A DNA stretch of 63,024 nt, counting the filler, from Choristocarpus tenellus KU-1152 (Eukaryota; Protista; Phaeophyceae), in assembly GCA_964200185.2 (NCBI GenBank). It is 10 parts of 10 records of this genome, joined end to end, with 100 filler letters (N's around TTAATTAATTAA, not from the genome) between each part and the next. Parts side by side here need not be neighbours in the genome. Positions count along the whole stretch, not along the records: positions 1 to 17,559 come from CAXNAD020000661.1; 9 more parts are not named here. One strand, written 5' to 3'. The position numbers and the translations under genes were made by a program. Below, one piece after another: positions 1-11,825 of this stretch. The first letter of the stretch is position 1. Each line of letters begins with the position of its first letter. Under the pieces are notes generated by a model, which saw only the letters and a list, made by a program, of their open reading frames with translations, ran no database searches and was not told the DNA's origin.

Positions 1-411
1 GTGGGGGGGGGGGGGTGGGGGGGGGGTGGGGGGGGGGGGGGCGGGGGGGGGGGGGGGGGGGGGGGGGGGGTAGAGTCTGGACTGGCTACACCAAGGGATG
101 GCATTTGCAGATGTTGGATTGCACAGGAACAAACTTTGATAGATTTCTCGTGCATCTTTTTGGCTTGTATGTTCCTCCCGCCTGAGATCAATTTTCAAAG
201 ATTTCTCAACCGCCAGAACGAACCCAAAAAGTCCAGCACAATCTGAACCTTGCTCTTGCTTCTGAACAAAAAACATCCCAATGGAGCTTGCCTATCCGAA
301 ATTCCTGAGAATGTGCTTTTCCTGCCTACCTGATTGCATCGGGGTGCTCTTTCCCTTTGTACCCCTTCAGATATCCTGCCCTTCCCCCCTTGCCTCTGGT
401 CCTTTTTGTAG

Positions 412-1555
412 GTAGAGGCCAGGGCTGCAGCGCCATGCAAGGGTGAACCATCTAGCGTTGGGGGAAACAGAGGCGATACTGTAAATGGCGACTGTGATGT
501 TGAACCCAGCAAGGCAGTCTCTATTCGGAACTTGGTCAAACCGCGACATGGTGGGGTCATATCAGAGGAGGGGGCAAACATCACAGAGGTAACGTTTTGT
601 TGTTATTGCTATTGTTGTTGTGGTTGTTGTTATTATTGTTGTTGTTATTGCTGTTGTTGTTATTGTTGGTTGTTGTTGTGGTTATTATTGTTGTTGTGGT
701 TGTTGTTATTATGGTTGTTGTGGTTGTTGTTATTTTTGGTTGTTGCTGTTGGTTGTTGTTATTGTGGTTGTTTTTGTTGTTAACACAATGGGATTAAATT
801 ATTTTATTTTTATGTTCGGTAATATCGCGGTGGCGGCGGTGATGATGGTAGTCTCTTGCGATGGCTATTTCATAGCCGCTGTTCGCAGTGAAAGCAGTTT
901 TTGAAACTGTAAGGATGTTACGTCTGTTGCGTTTGAAGTATATGGATAAGGGAGGTGTCGAATAGAGGGTGTGTTTTTTTGTTGTTTATCTGACATGAGT
1001 ACCAACATGCAAGGACATTGTGGTTGAACCAAGGAGGAGTAAGAGGGGCTGCTGGGGTGGAAGCAACTGCGGTATAGCTTGCAACAAGTGAAAGCATCTT
1101 TGCCCTCTTCACTTGAGAAGAGTGAAGCTCTGTAGTGACCTACCTACCTCCCTTCGCTCTTCTTGTCACCACCCTGTGCAATCTTCTATATTTCTTTTAT
1201 TCAAGTTTTTAAACAAGTATGAACCGACTTACTCTCTCTTACACTCTCCCAACTATTATGCTTGTCTATCTCCCCGCCTCCCTTTCCCCACCACTTTGTA
1301 CACCCCCCACCCCTGCCCTATTCCCAGGCACCAATCCAACCGCACAAGGGCAAACCAACAACTGATACCAACTCCAACGCGACCACACCTCCAGCACACA
1401 TGCCTCTCCCAGAGACTGACTCCCCCAATAGTGCTTGTGCCAACAGCACCAATGGGCTGAAGGAGAAGGGAGAGAGGGATAGCAGGGACATCATCCTTGG
1501 GATCGAGCCTGATAACCCCCCTCCCCCCCCCTCACAACCATTTGCATTCCAGCAG
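412..1555 (+). CDS. Two internal exons of an unknown low-complexity protein (partial)
   Basis: Exons 412-588 (VEARAAAPCKGE...GANITE) and 1328-1555 (APIQPHKG...PFAFQQ). Both are open, phase 0 and bounded by AG/GT (tttttgtag|, |gtaacg; ttcccag|, |gtaaga). No recognisable domain. Confidence 0.5.
595..781 (+). repeat. Imperfect (TTG)n microsatellite at an intron 5' end
   Basis: ttg/tta/tgg triplet run directly after the donor at 589. It generates the spurious poly-L/V/C ORFs. Confidence 0.95.
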
Positions 1556-2387
1556 GTAAGAGCTCCTGTGGATGGTGTAAATCCCCCTTTGAGCTGAGTC
1601 ACACGGCAAAGATAGAGGCGACTTTGTTGAGAGGAGGTGGGGTGATTTGGGGACAAATGAGTACAATAGGTGGGGATGTGGAGGTAATAGTTGCCGGTTG
1701 GTGAAGTACAGTAGGAGTGTTCGTGGAGGGTCTAGGTGACCGTTGAAAGAGGAGTTTGGGAAAGGTTGAGGGTGTGCGTAACCCAACCGTCAATGATCGA
1801 AAGCTCCTTGTTATCCTGTACCCTCCATTTGTTGATTTGGAGCGGGATTGGGTAGAACACCTGAGTTCATCTCTCCATCATATTTTGTTGTTGGAGTTGA
1901 GGTGTTGTCCCATGGGCAATGGCTGGGTGGTCCAGTCGAGTCATCTTCAACTCCTGGTCATTGGAGTTTGACTTCTCACCTCTTGTGATTTACACTTTTT
2001 CTATAAGCATAAGATTTTGATTTTTTTGGGGGGGCCTGTTTTGAGCCCCAGGTCGCTCTGTGTGCAACAAGCATCTTAACCATCAATTCTCCCTATGTTA
2101 AGTCAATTAATCGAATGTTGATACTCCCATGATTTGATACCGGTGAGCTCCTGTGCCATGCCAATATGATACCTTCAGTAGTGGTTTTGAGTTCACTGCT
2201 TGAGTTGGCCGTGTTCCTGTTTTTGAGGGGGTCTCCACCGTGTGCAATTAGGGATGAGAGATACACATTTGTAGTTGTATGTTGAGGACCAGGCGTGCAG
2301 GACGAGAGTAACTGTATTTTGTACATGATACTGGCACACTTCAAGCACCACATGCATCCACACCCACTTCCATGGAGTGACCACTCT

Positions 2388-2645
2388 GATTGAAAGTATG
2401 TGAGAGGGTACGACTTCTGCCCTGTTTGTCCATTTGGGGGTTGGCTTCCCACGTTTTTTTTAATGACATTTTCCTACTCCGAATTGTTTCGGAGTAGGTG
2501 AAAGGTATACATTATGAAAGATGGGTCCATAACAAGGATATTTTCACCTCTTAACAAACATGATAAACTAAACTACATCAATATCACAACATTGGATTTT
2601 GGCCCCCAAATGGACGTGGCTCTACCCTCTAAGATAAGTTGACTC
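2388..2645 (+). mobile_element. MITE family A copy (Sola2-like non-autonomous DNA transposon)
   Basis: 258 bp. Ends GATTGAAAGTATGTGAGAGGGTA...TACCCTCTAAGATAAGTTGACTC. Flanked by a 4-bp direct repeat CTCT. Confidence 0.85.
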
Positions 2646-2899
2646 CTCTTATGTACAGGGCGTATGGGGAAGTTGTTAACTGAATTGGTTGCGCTCATGC
2701 AGCTGGGTATTGCTGCAATGTAATAAACTTGAGCAATCCCCACTCGGAAGTTAAAATATACTTGAAAAGTGTGCTACTACTTGTGGTACAATTTGCTGCT
2801 CCCTGGTCAGTGTATTTGGGTTGTGAAGCGGGGCTTTGGTTATTTTCTCGAGCAAATTTTTCTTGGTGTGTGTAACCTTCGAAACAAACTCCTCTCTAA

Positions 2900-5750
2900 C
2901 CTTATCGCCAAACTGATGAATATCTAGGAGGGCACCTGTTTCTCATATTTGAATACTTCACAAGTATGGTACAATTACTATGCTGGTGTACAGGACGAAT
3001 GCTGTTGTAAGCTATACAAACCTTGTTATAAGCTATACAAACCCTGTTGTTGCTTGTTGAGCTAGCTCTCTTGTGCTTTGCGTCTTACCCCCCCATGACA
3101 CAAATCTCCACAATGCAAGTGACCCTGAAATGTCACTAGGTGGGAGGACGTTCACCTCTTCGCTAGAGCATGCCTGACTGGCTCTGCTGTGAAATCAATC
3201 AATGGCAGCATTGCAACCTCCCAACATAAGGAATAGCTCAAGTAACAATTCATTACGCAGGCCTTCAACTGACCTTTACATCTTATCCCTGGCAGTTACT
3301 GCATTGGCAACAGGAGGTACAAATTGTTCTTGAGTTAGTTTGAATCAAGTCGGAACATATATTTGTGCTGCAAATGATGTACAAGCATAACAATTTAGGT
3401 AAGACAAGAATTAAAGTCTATGCATCAACCCACCACCGCCCGCCCTATCTTTTATAAAAACCGATTTGGTGTGGCGATGACGTGATCAAATCAATATTCA
3501 TCCTCACTGTTGCGGAAATAGGTGGGCAGGTCCCAATAAGGGGTGTGTCAGGGTGTCAGACGACAAGTACAGTATCTGCGCAGGTTTGTACCCAGCAACA
3601 ACGACAAACCCCTTGACTTGTGACACCTCTTCAGTGTCATCTGCACAACTCAAACACCACAGTTTGGAGACAGCAATATAGTGTCCAAGTACGGTATGAT
3701 GAGAAACAATACTATGTAGGCAGTAGTTAAAAAGTACTTGGAATTTCTTGGGACAAAGTGACAACAGGGGGTCCTGACGAAAAGTCAACTTTTTTTTTCG
3801 GCAGTTGTACAGGTACTTTGAAGCACTACATGTTTGGCCAATGGAGTTGTACCCTTTAGTTCCCATACAACAGGGTTTGGGGTGGTAATCTACCCTGCTT
3901 TATTCCCCTCTTCACATCCAAGAATATGTAACCTGCCAGATTGTGGAAAGATTTCTCATTATGGCCACTGATTCTGTAACATATCGAAGTTCTGTCGTAC
4001 CATACTGACACACAACCACCAAGTCAAGGGTTCTCCATGCAGACATTGTCATTCCCGAAATACTTCTGCTGTTGGTTGGGTCGGTCAGTATCACAATTAA
4101 CTTCTTTGTACTGATATGTGATTCTTGCATGTTAACAAAGGCATGACACTCTGGCTTATCACAGGAGGAGATAGGTCTGAAAGGACGGTGTATATCTCAG
4201 TCAAACTGCCTATGTGATGACTGTACAAAATAATCAGGGCAGAAAATACCACCGATAGTTGGATTTACTCTTAGGGCAGACATTCTTCTTTGGTTAGTTA
4301 TTTGAGTCGATCAATCAGATGACAACATTCAGCAGTTAAATAGTGTCTGATTGTCATACCAACAATGGTACATGTACCATGTACTACCCTGGGGTCTATA
4401 ATATATATATTGATACTGAGACAGTTGACTCACGAACCTTACTTACAGCACTAACAAATCAAAATATGTCCCTAGCTCCTGAGCCCCCAAAGATGCTCAC
4501 TGTACAAGAATTCAAGCATAGGGCCAGATGGCAAAAGCATGTGACACATGTCACAATGTCATTCTTCTTAGATTCCGTTCCACCTTGGGAGGAGGCCTGT
4601 GGGACAGCAGAGCCAACGTACTAGCCAACCCTGGGCAACCGAAGTGTCATGTATCACTGCTTAGGCTTGTTACTCTTGAACAGCGGTTTATCATTACATC
4701 ACATACATGCACCAGCCAGCTTGAACCTAATCAGACTGAAAACAAGGGGAATCAGGCATATGCAGGTCGCCCTCTCTGCTTCTACCTTCTCACTCACCTC
4801 CACCCCTTCATGCATCAGTTAAGCAGTCAGTTCATCCTGCAGAGTCAAATACATCTCGTTCTGTTTCATTCAATTATACACAAAGCTCCTTACATATCAA
4901 CTATATATTCTTCTTGTCGAGCCTGATCAAAAACATCCTTGCATTTAGCCCCAAGAAGGCATCGCTCAGCCCTCAATACAGGGGTCCACAAACAGCTTCA
5001 TCCCTTTCACTAGCCCCGATCAACTCAAAGGCAGCAAGGCACTTATGAATCGTCTTATCACAGGTTTCAATACATAGTGCGACAATGGATTGTGGATACA
5101 AGGAGGCAAGGGCAATCATGTTGTGTGGCACTGGCATGCATCTGTAGTAAATAGACTCCACCAAAGGGTTCATCTGGACCCAAAAGGTGTTACCGTCCTC
5201 CTCCTTGCTGTTAGAGTGTGATATTGCGGCATCACCCTTGCTCTACAATATAAACAACTCCATGGAATGTGATTGACCAGTTATGGTCTCACAGGGGGCT
5301 GACCTTCTTCCTCCTCTTCTTAAAAAAGAAGGTAGCAATGTGAATATCTGTTTGTGTAAGGAACTAACTCCAGCTAACCGTCAAGGAAAGAAGTCAAAGG
5401 TCTGCCCTCCAACAACAGATGCGACTGGATTGCATGACACAATGCTATCATTACGTGTTTTACAAGCATACCTCCAAGAGAGGAGCCAAGCACGGGGTAG
5501 AATTGGTGAGCGGACAATGGTACAGATAGCTTGGTACGGATATTGTCAAGGGAACAATATTGATATTGTTGAAAATCCTGAAAATGTGGGTGTGTCAGTG
5601 ACATTGTGACATTGGCTGGGACATGGAACTAAGACCATAAAAGCCTCCTATATGGCATGGTCCATCAATAGCAACAACATTGATAAAATATATGGGATTC
5701 CGTGCTGGTTAAATATTTGGTGGTCAACGCCCAGGGGAAGGGGGGGGGAG
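2900..5750 (-). pseudogene. Decayed coding-like sequence of unknown origin (possibly a transposase remnant)
   Basis: Chain of minus-strand ORF fragments broken by stops and frameshifts (including an 8-bp aatgtcac duplication near 5600), with no clear splice structure. Family not identified. Confidence 0.25.
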
Positions 5751-6293
5751 GGGGGGGTAAAACTGTGGTGGGGGTCAACATGGGACTAATGTGCTATGCA
5801 CAACCACCAGTGTAACAAACTCAAACACTCTAGAGTTCTGCATGCATTCTGTGCTCAAAAATGCAGCCTGCCACTGTGTGAAATATTCCTCCACCTGTGA
5901 AGGCAAAAATATTGTTGCAATCATTGAGTATTATTTGCTCCCCTAGTTGTACAAATAACATTTCCATACAACTGCTCTGGACAATTCTGCATGAGAGTGC
6001 AACTAGCATGGTAACAGTTTCTTGACAGGAGAGGGAGAATACCTAAGATTCACCAACATGTTCTTGTCTACACATATCCTGCAAACTCCAAGAAAGCAGA
6101 AAAGTGAAAATAGCCTCACAATAAGATCACCAAATATGCAAAGATTCTGTAAAGGAAAAACTCCGCAAAAGAAACACGTATAAAACTCTTCTATGCCATA
6201 AATCGGCTATTAGATCAAAGTTGAGTGGAGAATCATTTTCATGTGACATTTTACAGGTAGAGCTATCCTAATTACAGTTGTTCAAGTTATGGC

Positions 6294-7694
6294 TCATGGA
6301 GAAAATCCCTTTGCCCTCATTTCCCTCTCCACCAGCTCCGCAGGAGCTGATTGACCAGCCTTTCTGCAGGCTGCAATGACTGACCTGTAGATGTCTGCAT
6401 TGAGAGCAATCCTCATGTCATGCATTTCATCCAGAAATAATAGAGCGCGCTTCCACTCCCCCCCATCTCCACAGGCCTTGATGATTGCAATGTACGTGAA
6501 CGCATTGGGGATGCGACCCTTTGCCTTCATCTCATCCAAGACCATTAGAGCACGTTCCCATTGCCCGCAGTCTCCGCAAGCTTTGATGGCTGTGTTGTAG
6601 GTGTACTTATCAGAGGAAACGCCTTTAGCTTCCATGTCTGATAGAAACAACAAAGCACGTTCCCATTGGCCCCCATCTCCGCAAGCCCCAATGATAGCAT
6701 TATAGGTGTACCCATCAGGGGAAATTCCTTTGCTTTGCATCTCATCCAGCAGCGATAGAGCACGTTCCCATTGACCCCCATCTCCGCAGGCCTTAATGGC
6801 TGTGTTATAGGTGATTATAGTGGTGGCAACCCCTTCGGCCTGCATCCTGTCCATTAGTGACATAGCTTTTTCCCACTGTCCTCCATCTCCACAGCTCTTC
6901 ATAGCAGAGTTGTAAGTGATAGAACCTGGAGCAACCCCTTGGGATCGCATCTTATCCAGGATAAGCAGGGCTTGTTCCCATTGTTTACCGCTTGCATATG
7001 CATTAATGGCTGAGTTATAGATTACCTCATTGGGGACAACACTCGTTGGCATGGTATCTAAGAAGTACGTTATCCTGTTCCACTTCCCTCCATCTCCGCA
7101 GGCTTTCACGACTGTGCTATACGAGTAAGCATTTGGGGAAATACCCTTTTCCAGCATGATGTCGAATAACGACAGAGCCGTTTCCCACTGCCTCCCATCG
7201 GCACAGGCCTTCATGACCGTGTTGTAGGTGACAACATCTGGAGCAATGCCGTCATCCTGCATGTCACCAAGCAGTGACAAAGCAAGCTTCCACCTCTTGC
7301 AAGTGGTCATCACGCTAATGCAGCTATTGTACATGAGTATATTGATACATGTATCGCTGTTCTTTGTTGCATCCAAAGCCTCTCGTGCCCCCTTCCAGTC
7401 CCCAGCCTTTTTCTTGGCCCGCATGAGTATCACGAAGGCCTTCTGAGCAAATTCTTGTTTGCGTCTCAAATATCGATCGTGTATTGTTCCTGCATCTAGC
7501 CGCTTCCCCAGCTCTTTCCTTTTTGGTGGATATTCCTCTTTCTCACCTCGATCACTCGAGGATATCAACTCCGAGTGGCACCACGATTGCGAGAGTTGCG
7601 AGTGTCTGTGGTCGACAGCAGACGCGAGCCACGACCCACAAAACAAATTGGTTGATATTGCATGATGGTGAGCATGTACAACCTTGAAGAGCAT
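6294..7694 (-). CDS. P-class pentatricopeptide repeat (PPR) protein
   Basis: 466-aa uninterrupted ORF with 10 clear ~35-aa repeats (e.g. PDVVTYNTVMKACADGRQWETALSLFDIMLEKGIS) plus one degenerate repeat. caccATG start; an in-frame acceptor near 7746 could link to an upstream exon. Confidence 0.95.
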   Translation of the reverse strand: MLFKVVHAHHHAISTNLFCGSWLASAVDHRHSQLSQSWCHSELISSSDRGEKEEYPPKRKELGKRLDAGTIHDRYLRRKQEFAQKAFVILMRAKKKAGDWKGAREALDATKNSDTCINILMYNSCISVMTTCKRWKLALSLLGDMQDDGIAPDVVTYNTVMKACADGRQWETALSLFDIMLEKGISPNAYSYSTVVKACGDGGKWNRITYFLDTMPTSVVPNEVIYNSAINAYASGKQWEQALLILDKMRSQGVAPGSITYNSAMKSCGDGGQWEKAMSLMDRMQAEGVATTIITYNTAIKACGDGGQWERALSLLDEMQSKGISPDGYTYNAIIGACGDGGQWERALLFLSDMEAKGVSSDKYTYNTAIKACGDCGQWERALMVLDEMKAKGRIPNAFTYIAIIKACGDGGEWKRALLFLDEMHDMRIALNADIYRSVIAACRKAGQSAPAELVEREMRAKGFSP

Positions 7695-8019
7695 GGTGTT
7701 GTTCAGGACGTCGTTGTCCTCCCAAGCATAAGTCCTCGTTGAAACCTGGAAATCAAGGTTGACATGTGGTGATGATCTTCACATTTTGTGTTTACCATTT
7801 TTTTTACGTCTACTAACATGAACGTCTCCCTTATTGTGGTGTTCAACCACAAAAATATTGTTGTGAACCGAAAGATTAATTGAGTGTAAGTTATATCGAA
7901 TCTCGAAATTTTCGATGTACTCGATAATAATCGAACCATGACCAAAGTGGAAGGTTGTTGCTGAGACTTGTAAACCATAACCAGGACCCCCCGCCTGAAC
8001 CTGGTGAACCATCGGAACG

Positions 8020-8460
8020 TGCATTTCGGTATGAGCGGAGACTGGTTAGTCTTCTTGCTGGTGGGAAAGATAGACTTCTCCCACCAGAACCTAAGACAAT
8101 GCGAGCGGCGATGGAGTCAGCAGAGTGGCCCTTGTGAAAAGGATCTAATGATGAGGAAGTGGATGATTTAGACAGCAGGGGAGTGTGGATTCAAGTACCT
8201 CGCCCCACTGATGGCCACAAGGTACTTGGGAGTAAGATGGTGTTTACCAGGAAGGTGGATGCTAATGGAGGAGTGGAACGGTACAAGACCAGGTTGTTCA
8301 GGGATTCCAACAGAGGAAAGGGGAGGATTACTTTGAGTCATTTTCACCAACACCTACCTATGCTTCTCTTCGCATGTTACTTCCATTAGCGGCGAATTGA
8401 ATAATGTGTTGATACATAGTGATGGGAAGAAGTCCTTCACACAGGCTGACTTTCCTCGAA
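8020..8460 (+). mobile_element. Ty1/Copia LTR-retrotransposon reverse transcriptase fragment (decayed)
   Basis: PEPKTMRAAMESAEWPL*...EVDDLDSRGVWIQVPRP...KVLGSKMVFTRKVDANGGVERYKTRL, frameshift, QGFQQRKGEDYFESFSP. This is the RVT_2 N-terminus with a stop and a frameshift. Confidence 0.9.
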
Positions 8461-8689
8461 CCACTCAAGTTGATCCCTATCTGGTGACGGACCCGACCTA
8501 AGGCGAAGTTATTTTGAGTTATACTCTTCATTACCGTGGGCTTCTCCCCGCGACTAGATACACTTTGTTTGACATTATGTTGAAAAAAAAAAGTATTATG
8601 TGTGAAGAAGGGACTGAAGGGAGTTGTCAGGATATCACGGGATGAGATATTCTATACTCAACATATTTTGTGCATTTTTGTGCTGTTCG

Positions 8690-10330
8690 TGTAGGTACGT
8701 GCTTGTGGCTACACATTGTTGCTGCTTCAGTCTTAAGCCCACTGGTATCCTTCCTGTTGCCTTTCGTGGCAGCCTCCCATACATCCAACATCATCGTCCA
8801 GGGGTTGGGAAGACATTAAGCTCCGCATTACCTGGGGTTCAGCCTGGTTGTTTTTAGGGTCCAATCGTCCCCAGCTGCTGAGAACATTAACTCTGGGTCT
8901 GCTTGTGTAATAGGAATAGCCGAAATGCGGCGGGAAAATTTGACCAGGTACATAAACTTTGAGCTCCCTTCCTGCCACCACTTGATAAAGTGCATTGTTG
9001 TAAACTCCGCTGCCCATATCAATTGTTGGGAGCCCTTTCTTCTATAACCATGAAGGCACCAACCTTTGTTTATGTCCTGCTTCCTTCATGTGCTAGCTCC
9101 CTGACCATGTGTGTGTTCCAATATCACACCATCAGCAATTCACTCCCCTCGCGCATTACAAGGGAAACCCCTTGTGTCACCTATGGGAAGGGCTGCCCAT
9201 GCTAGTGATGGAAAGTATGTATACATGGGCTTGGTTCCACCAATGGAATATTTTCAGCTTCCTGTGCTCTGTGCTCCTCCTCTAACTTCACCTTCCTGTA
9301 AATGTCTTCATCATGCTCATTCTCTGGAATCCCACAAGTGTTTTGGTTGCGGGATACAAACAAGTAGCTGGACCTGCTTCAACTTCAACTCTCTGGGTTG
9401 CCTGTTCTCACCCTCAAGAGTATTGGATAACAGTCCTCACTGTAGCTCACTGTACCAAAGAGGTAAACAAAATAAGCTAGCATCGCACTTATGCACTGGC
9501 ATAAAATATTTTTCATTTTTCTCTTACACCATTTCACGGGTGGTGGCTTTGAAGGCGCTACAGGCTTGCACTGCTTTCTCCATTTCCACTGATACATCAT
9601 ATATGATGGGGGCAATTAGAGACACTGCCATGCATGTGGTGTGAACGAGGAACAAGGTATGTGTGATAGGTGTCAATATATGACATGAAGGATGTTGCAT
9701 ACAGTATTTGTCAACAGTTTGACGGGTGACATGTGACTTCTACAGTTCATTCCTCTTAGAAGCACTTCCAATTTCTGTTATACTCCAGAGTGCATTTCCA
9801 TTCCAACTGCTTGCCTCCCAGTCAAATAACAGCATATGTTGTGGGTGACCATCATCAGTGTTCTCTTCAAGAACAATGGTGGCGTTAAGATACAGAAAGC
9901 GGTCCACTATGGAACAAGCGGATCACCAAAGAGTTGGTATACATCCTGCAAAACTTTATTTGGCTCAATCCTCACATTCTGTACATCTCCTCCAAGCGGT
10001 CCTTACGTTGGAAAGGCTTTGAATATGCGCCAACATCTGCCTATTAGGCCTTGCCCACTGAATGCTCTACCAGTCAACACACTCCAACTGTAGATCTATG
10101 CAGTGGTTAGTCAACTTAACCACCATTGATGACTCACTGTCTGCCTTAAAGGCGGATCCTTCGTCTTCACCTGACCCTTCACCTTCCTTGCCATCATCCT
10201 CTACATGTGGAAGCGCATATCCTGCAGGTGGGTTGACATCAAGTTCGTGGTACCAACCCTGAACGTCTTGAGAGTACCTAGGGACATCATGGCATATTAT
10301 GCAGTCCGAGGAGATATCTTTGTGCGGTGG
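8690..10330 (-). mobile_element. Decayed hAT-superfamily transposase
   Basis: Near 9000-8830 the minus strand reads IKWWQEG...ISAIPITQADPELMFSAAGDDWTLKTTRLNP, matching the hAT C-terminal dimerisation motif (WW..LAIPATSA.SER.FS.AG...R.RL). Many stops. A homologous copy lies at 62020-63024. GACTGG/CCAGTC motifs at 10550-10790 resemble subterminal repeats. Confidence 0.7.
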
Positions 10331-10792
10331 TTGTGTGGTTGTGTTTGTCCTCTCTTCCAAATATCCTAAGAAAAATAAGAAATAGCTGAATAATGGATCC
10401 CAATATTTTCTGTTTCGACTAAACTGCGATTCGGTACGATTCACAACATTCTTCAAAAATGTAATGTGAATGGGCATAATATTAAGATTATAATACTTCC
10501 CAATTTCCAATGTCAATTATCAATTTCCAATTACACCAACACCATCACTTCCACTGGATCGACTGGTCGGATAAGGGGTCCTACCCAGTCTGCGACCCAA
10601 TCTAGTTTACAACCTTGAAGGCCCCAGTCTGGCCCTGCTAAGGCGTAATTTAAATGGGTGCCAGTCCGCAGACTGGTTTACTACATAATTTTGATGGCTT
10701 CGGTCTGACCCTATTTTGACATGATTTACCTGGACTGGTCTGTTTCCTGGTCCAGTTATACTCTGTGATGTCCCAGGACCTGTCCTGTCAAA

Positions 10793-11063
10793 GAGTGAAA
10801 GTATCTTTGAGGGTACGAGTTTTGCCCTATTTGTCCGTTTGGGGCTTAGCTTCCAACGTTTTTTTTTTAATGACATTTTTCTACTCCGGAATGTTTCCGA
10901 GTAGGTAAAATGTGTACGTTTTGGAGTAGGTATCATGTGTATGTGCGGAACAAGGATATGGACACTTCTAAACAAAATATGACAGCTAAAATTTCATCAA
11001 AATCGCGACATTGGATTTTGACCCCAAACGGACACGGCTCTACTCTCTAAGATACTTCGACTC
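10793..11063 (+). mobile_element. MITE family A copy
   Basis: GAGTGAAAGTATCTTTGAGGGTA...TACTCTCTAAGATACTTCGACTC. Flanks CAAA/TAAA (3/4 TSD match). Confidence 0.85.
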
Positions 11064-11825
11064 TAAATCATGATATTAAAAATCATACTTCGTACATAGT
11101 ACCATATACTTCGAATTACAGAATATATTTTTATTGCGTGAAAAAGAAAAATGAAAATTGAAAAGCCTTACCACAATATTAGCAGAACATGTTGAACTGA
11201 CGTAATCTAAATGGAACATAAGAGCCCTTCCTTTCAAAAGGTATGAATTTGCTGCTCCCCTACTGAGGTTGGTTTTTAATCCTCACTCTACAATATCCTC
11301 TAATCTATCATCCTAGATGTGCCTTTAAGAAGGTATGTCTGTATGCAGCAACAGTTTTGAACCGTACTATTAATAGTGGTTGCATTACCATATTGGGGCA
11401 GAAAAACATGCTGAATCTAAAATCCAAAGTTTGGAAAAAGACATGCGAGGACAAACTTGATACTTTGGTCTTCAACCTGCTCAAAAATGACCTGCCCAGC
11501 ATTGCGAAAATCACCTCTTCATCGTCTAAAGTGCCAAAACCTGCTTTGAACGTCACTCACAGATGTGTCTCACTACGTCTCATTACACCTTCCACAAACT
11601 GTAGACGGACAAAGAGCAAGGGGCCAGAGGGAGGGGCCACAAAGGTGGTGTTGCCACCTGCATCATGCCCTGCTATCACAGCAATTGCCTACCTCTGGTC
11701 TCCCCTCCACCACACCCAATCCAAACGAACACATGAACAACATACGCACACAACAGGGGTGTACACTTTGCCACACATGCACCAATCAGACCAAAGTGAT
11801 TCACAACAGCTCTTCCTGCAGAGGT

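Noticed and set aside
532-904. Cys/Leu/Val-rich ORFs
   Set aside because: They are translations of an intronic (TTG)n microsatellite.
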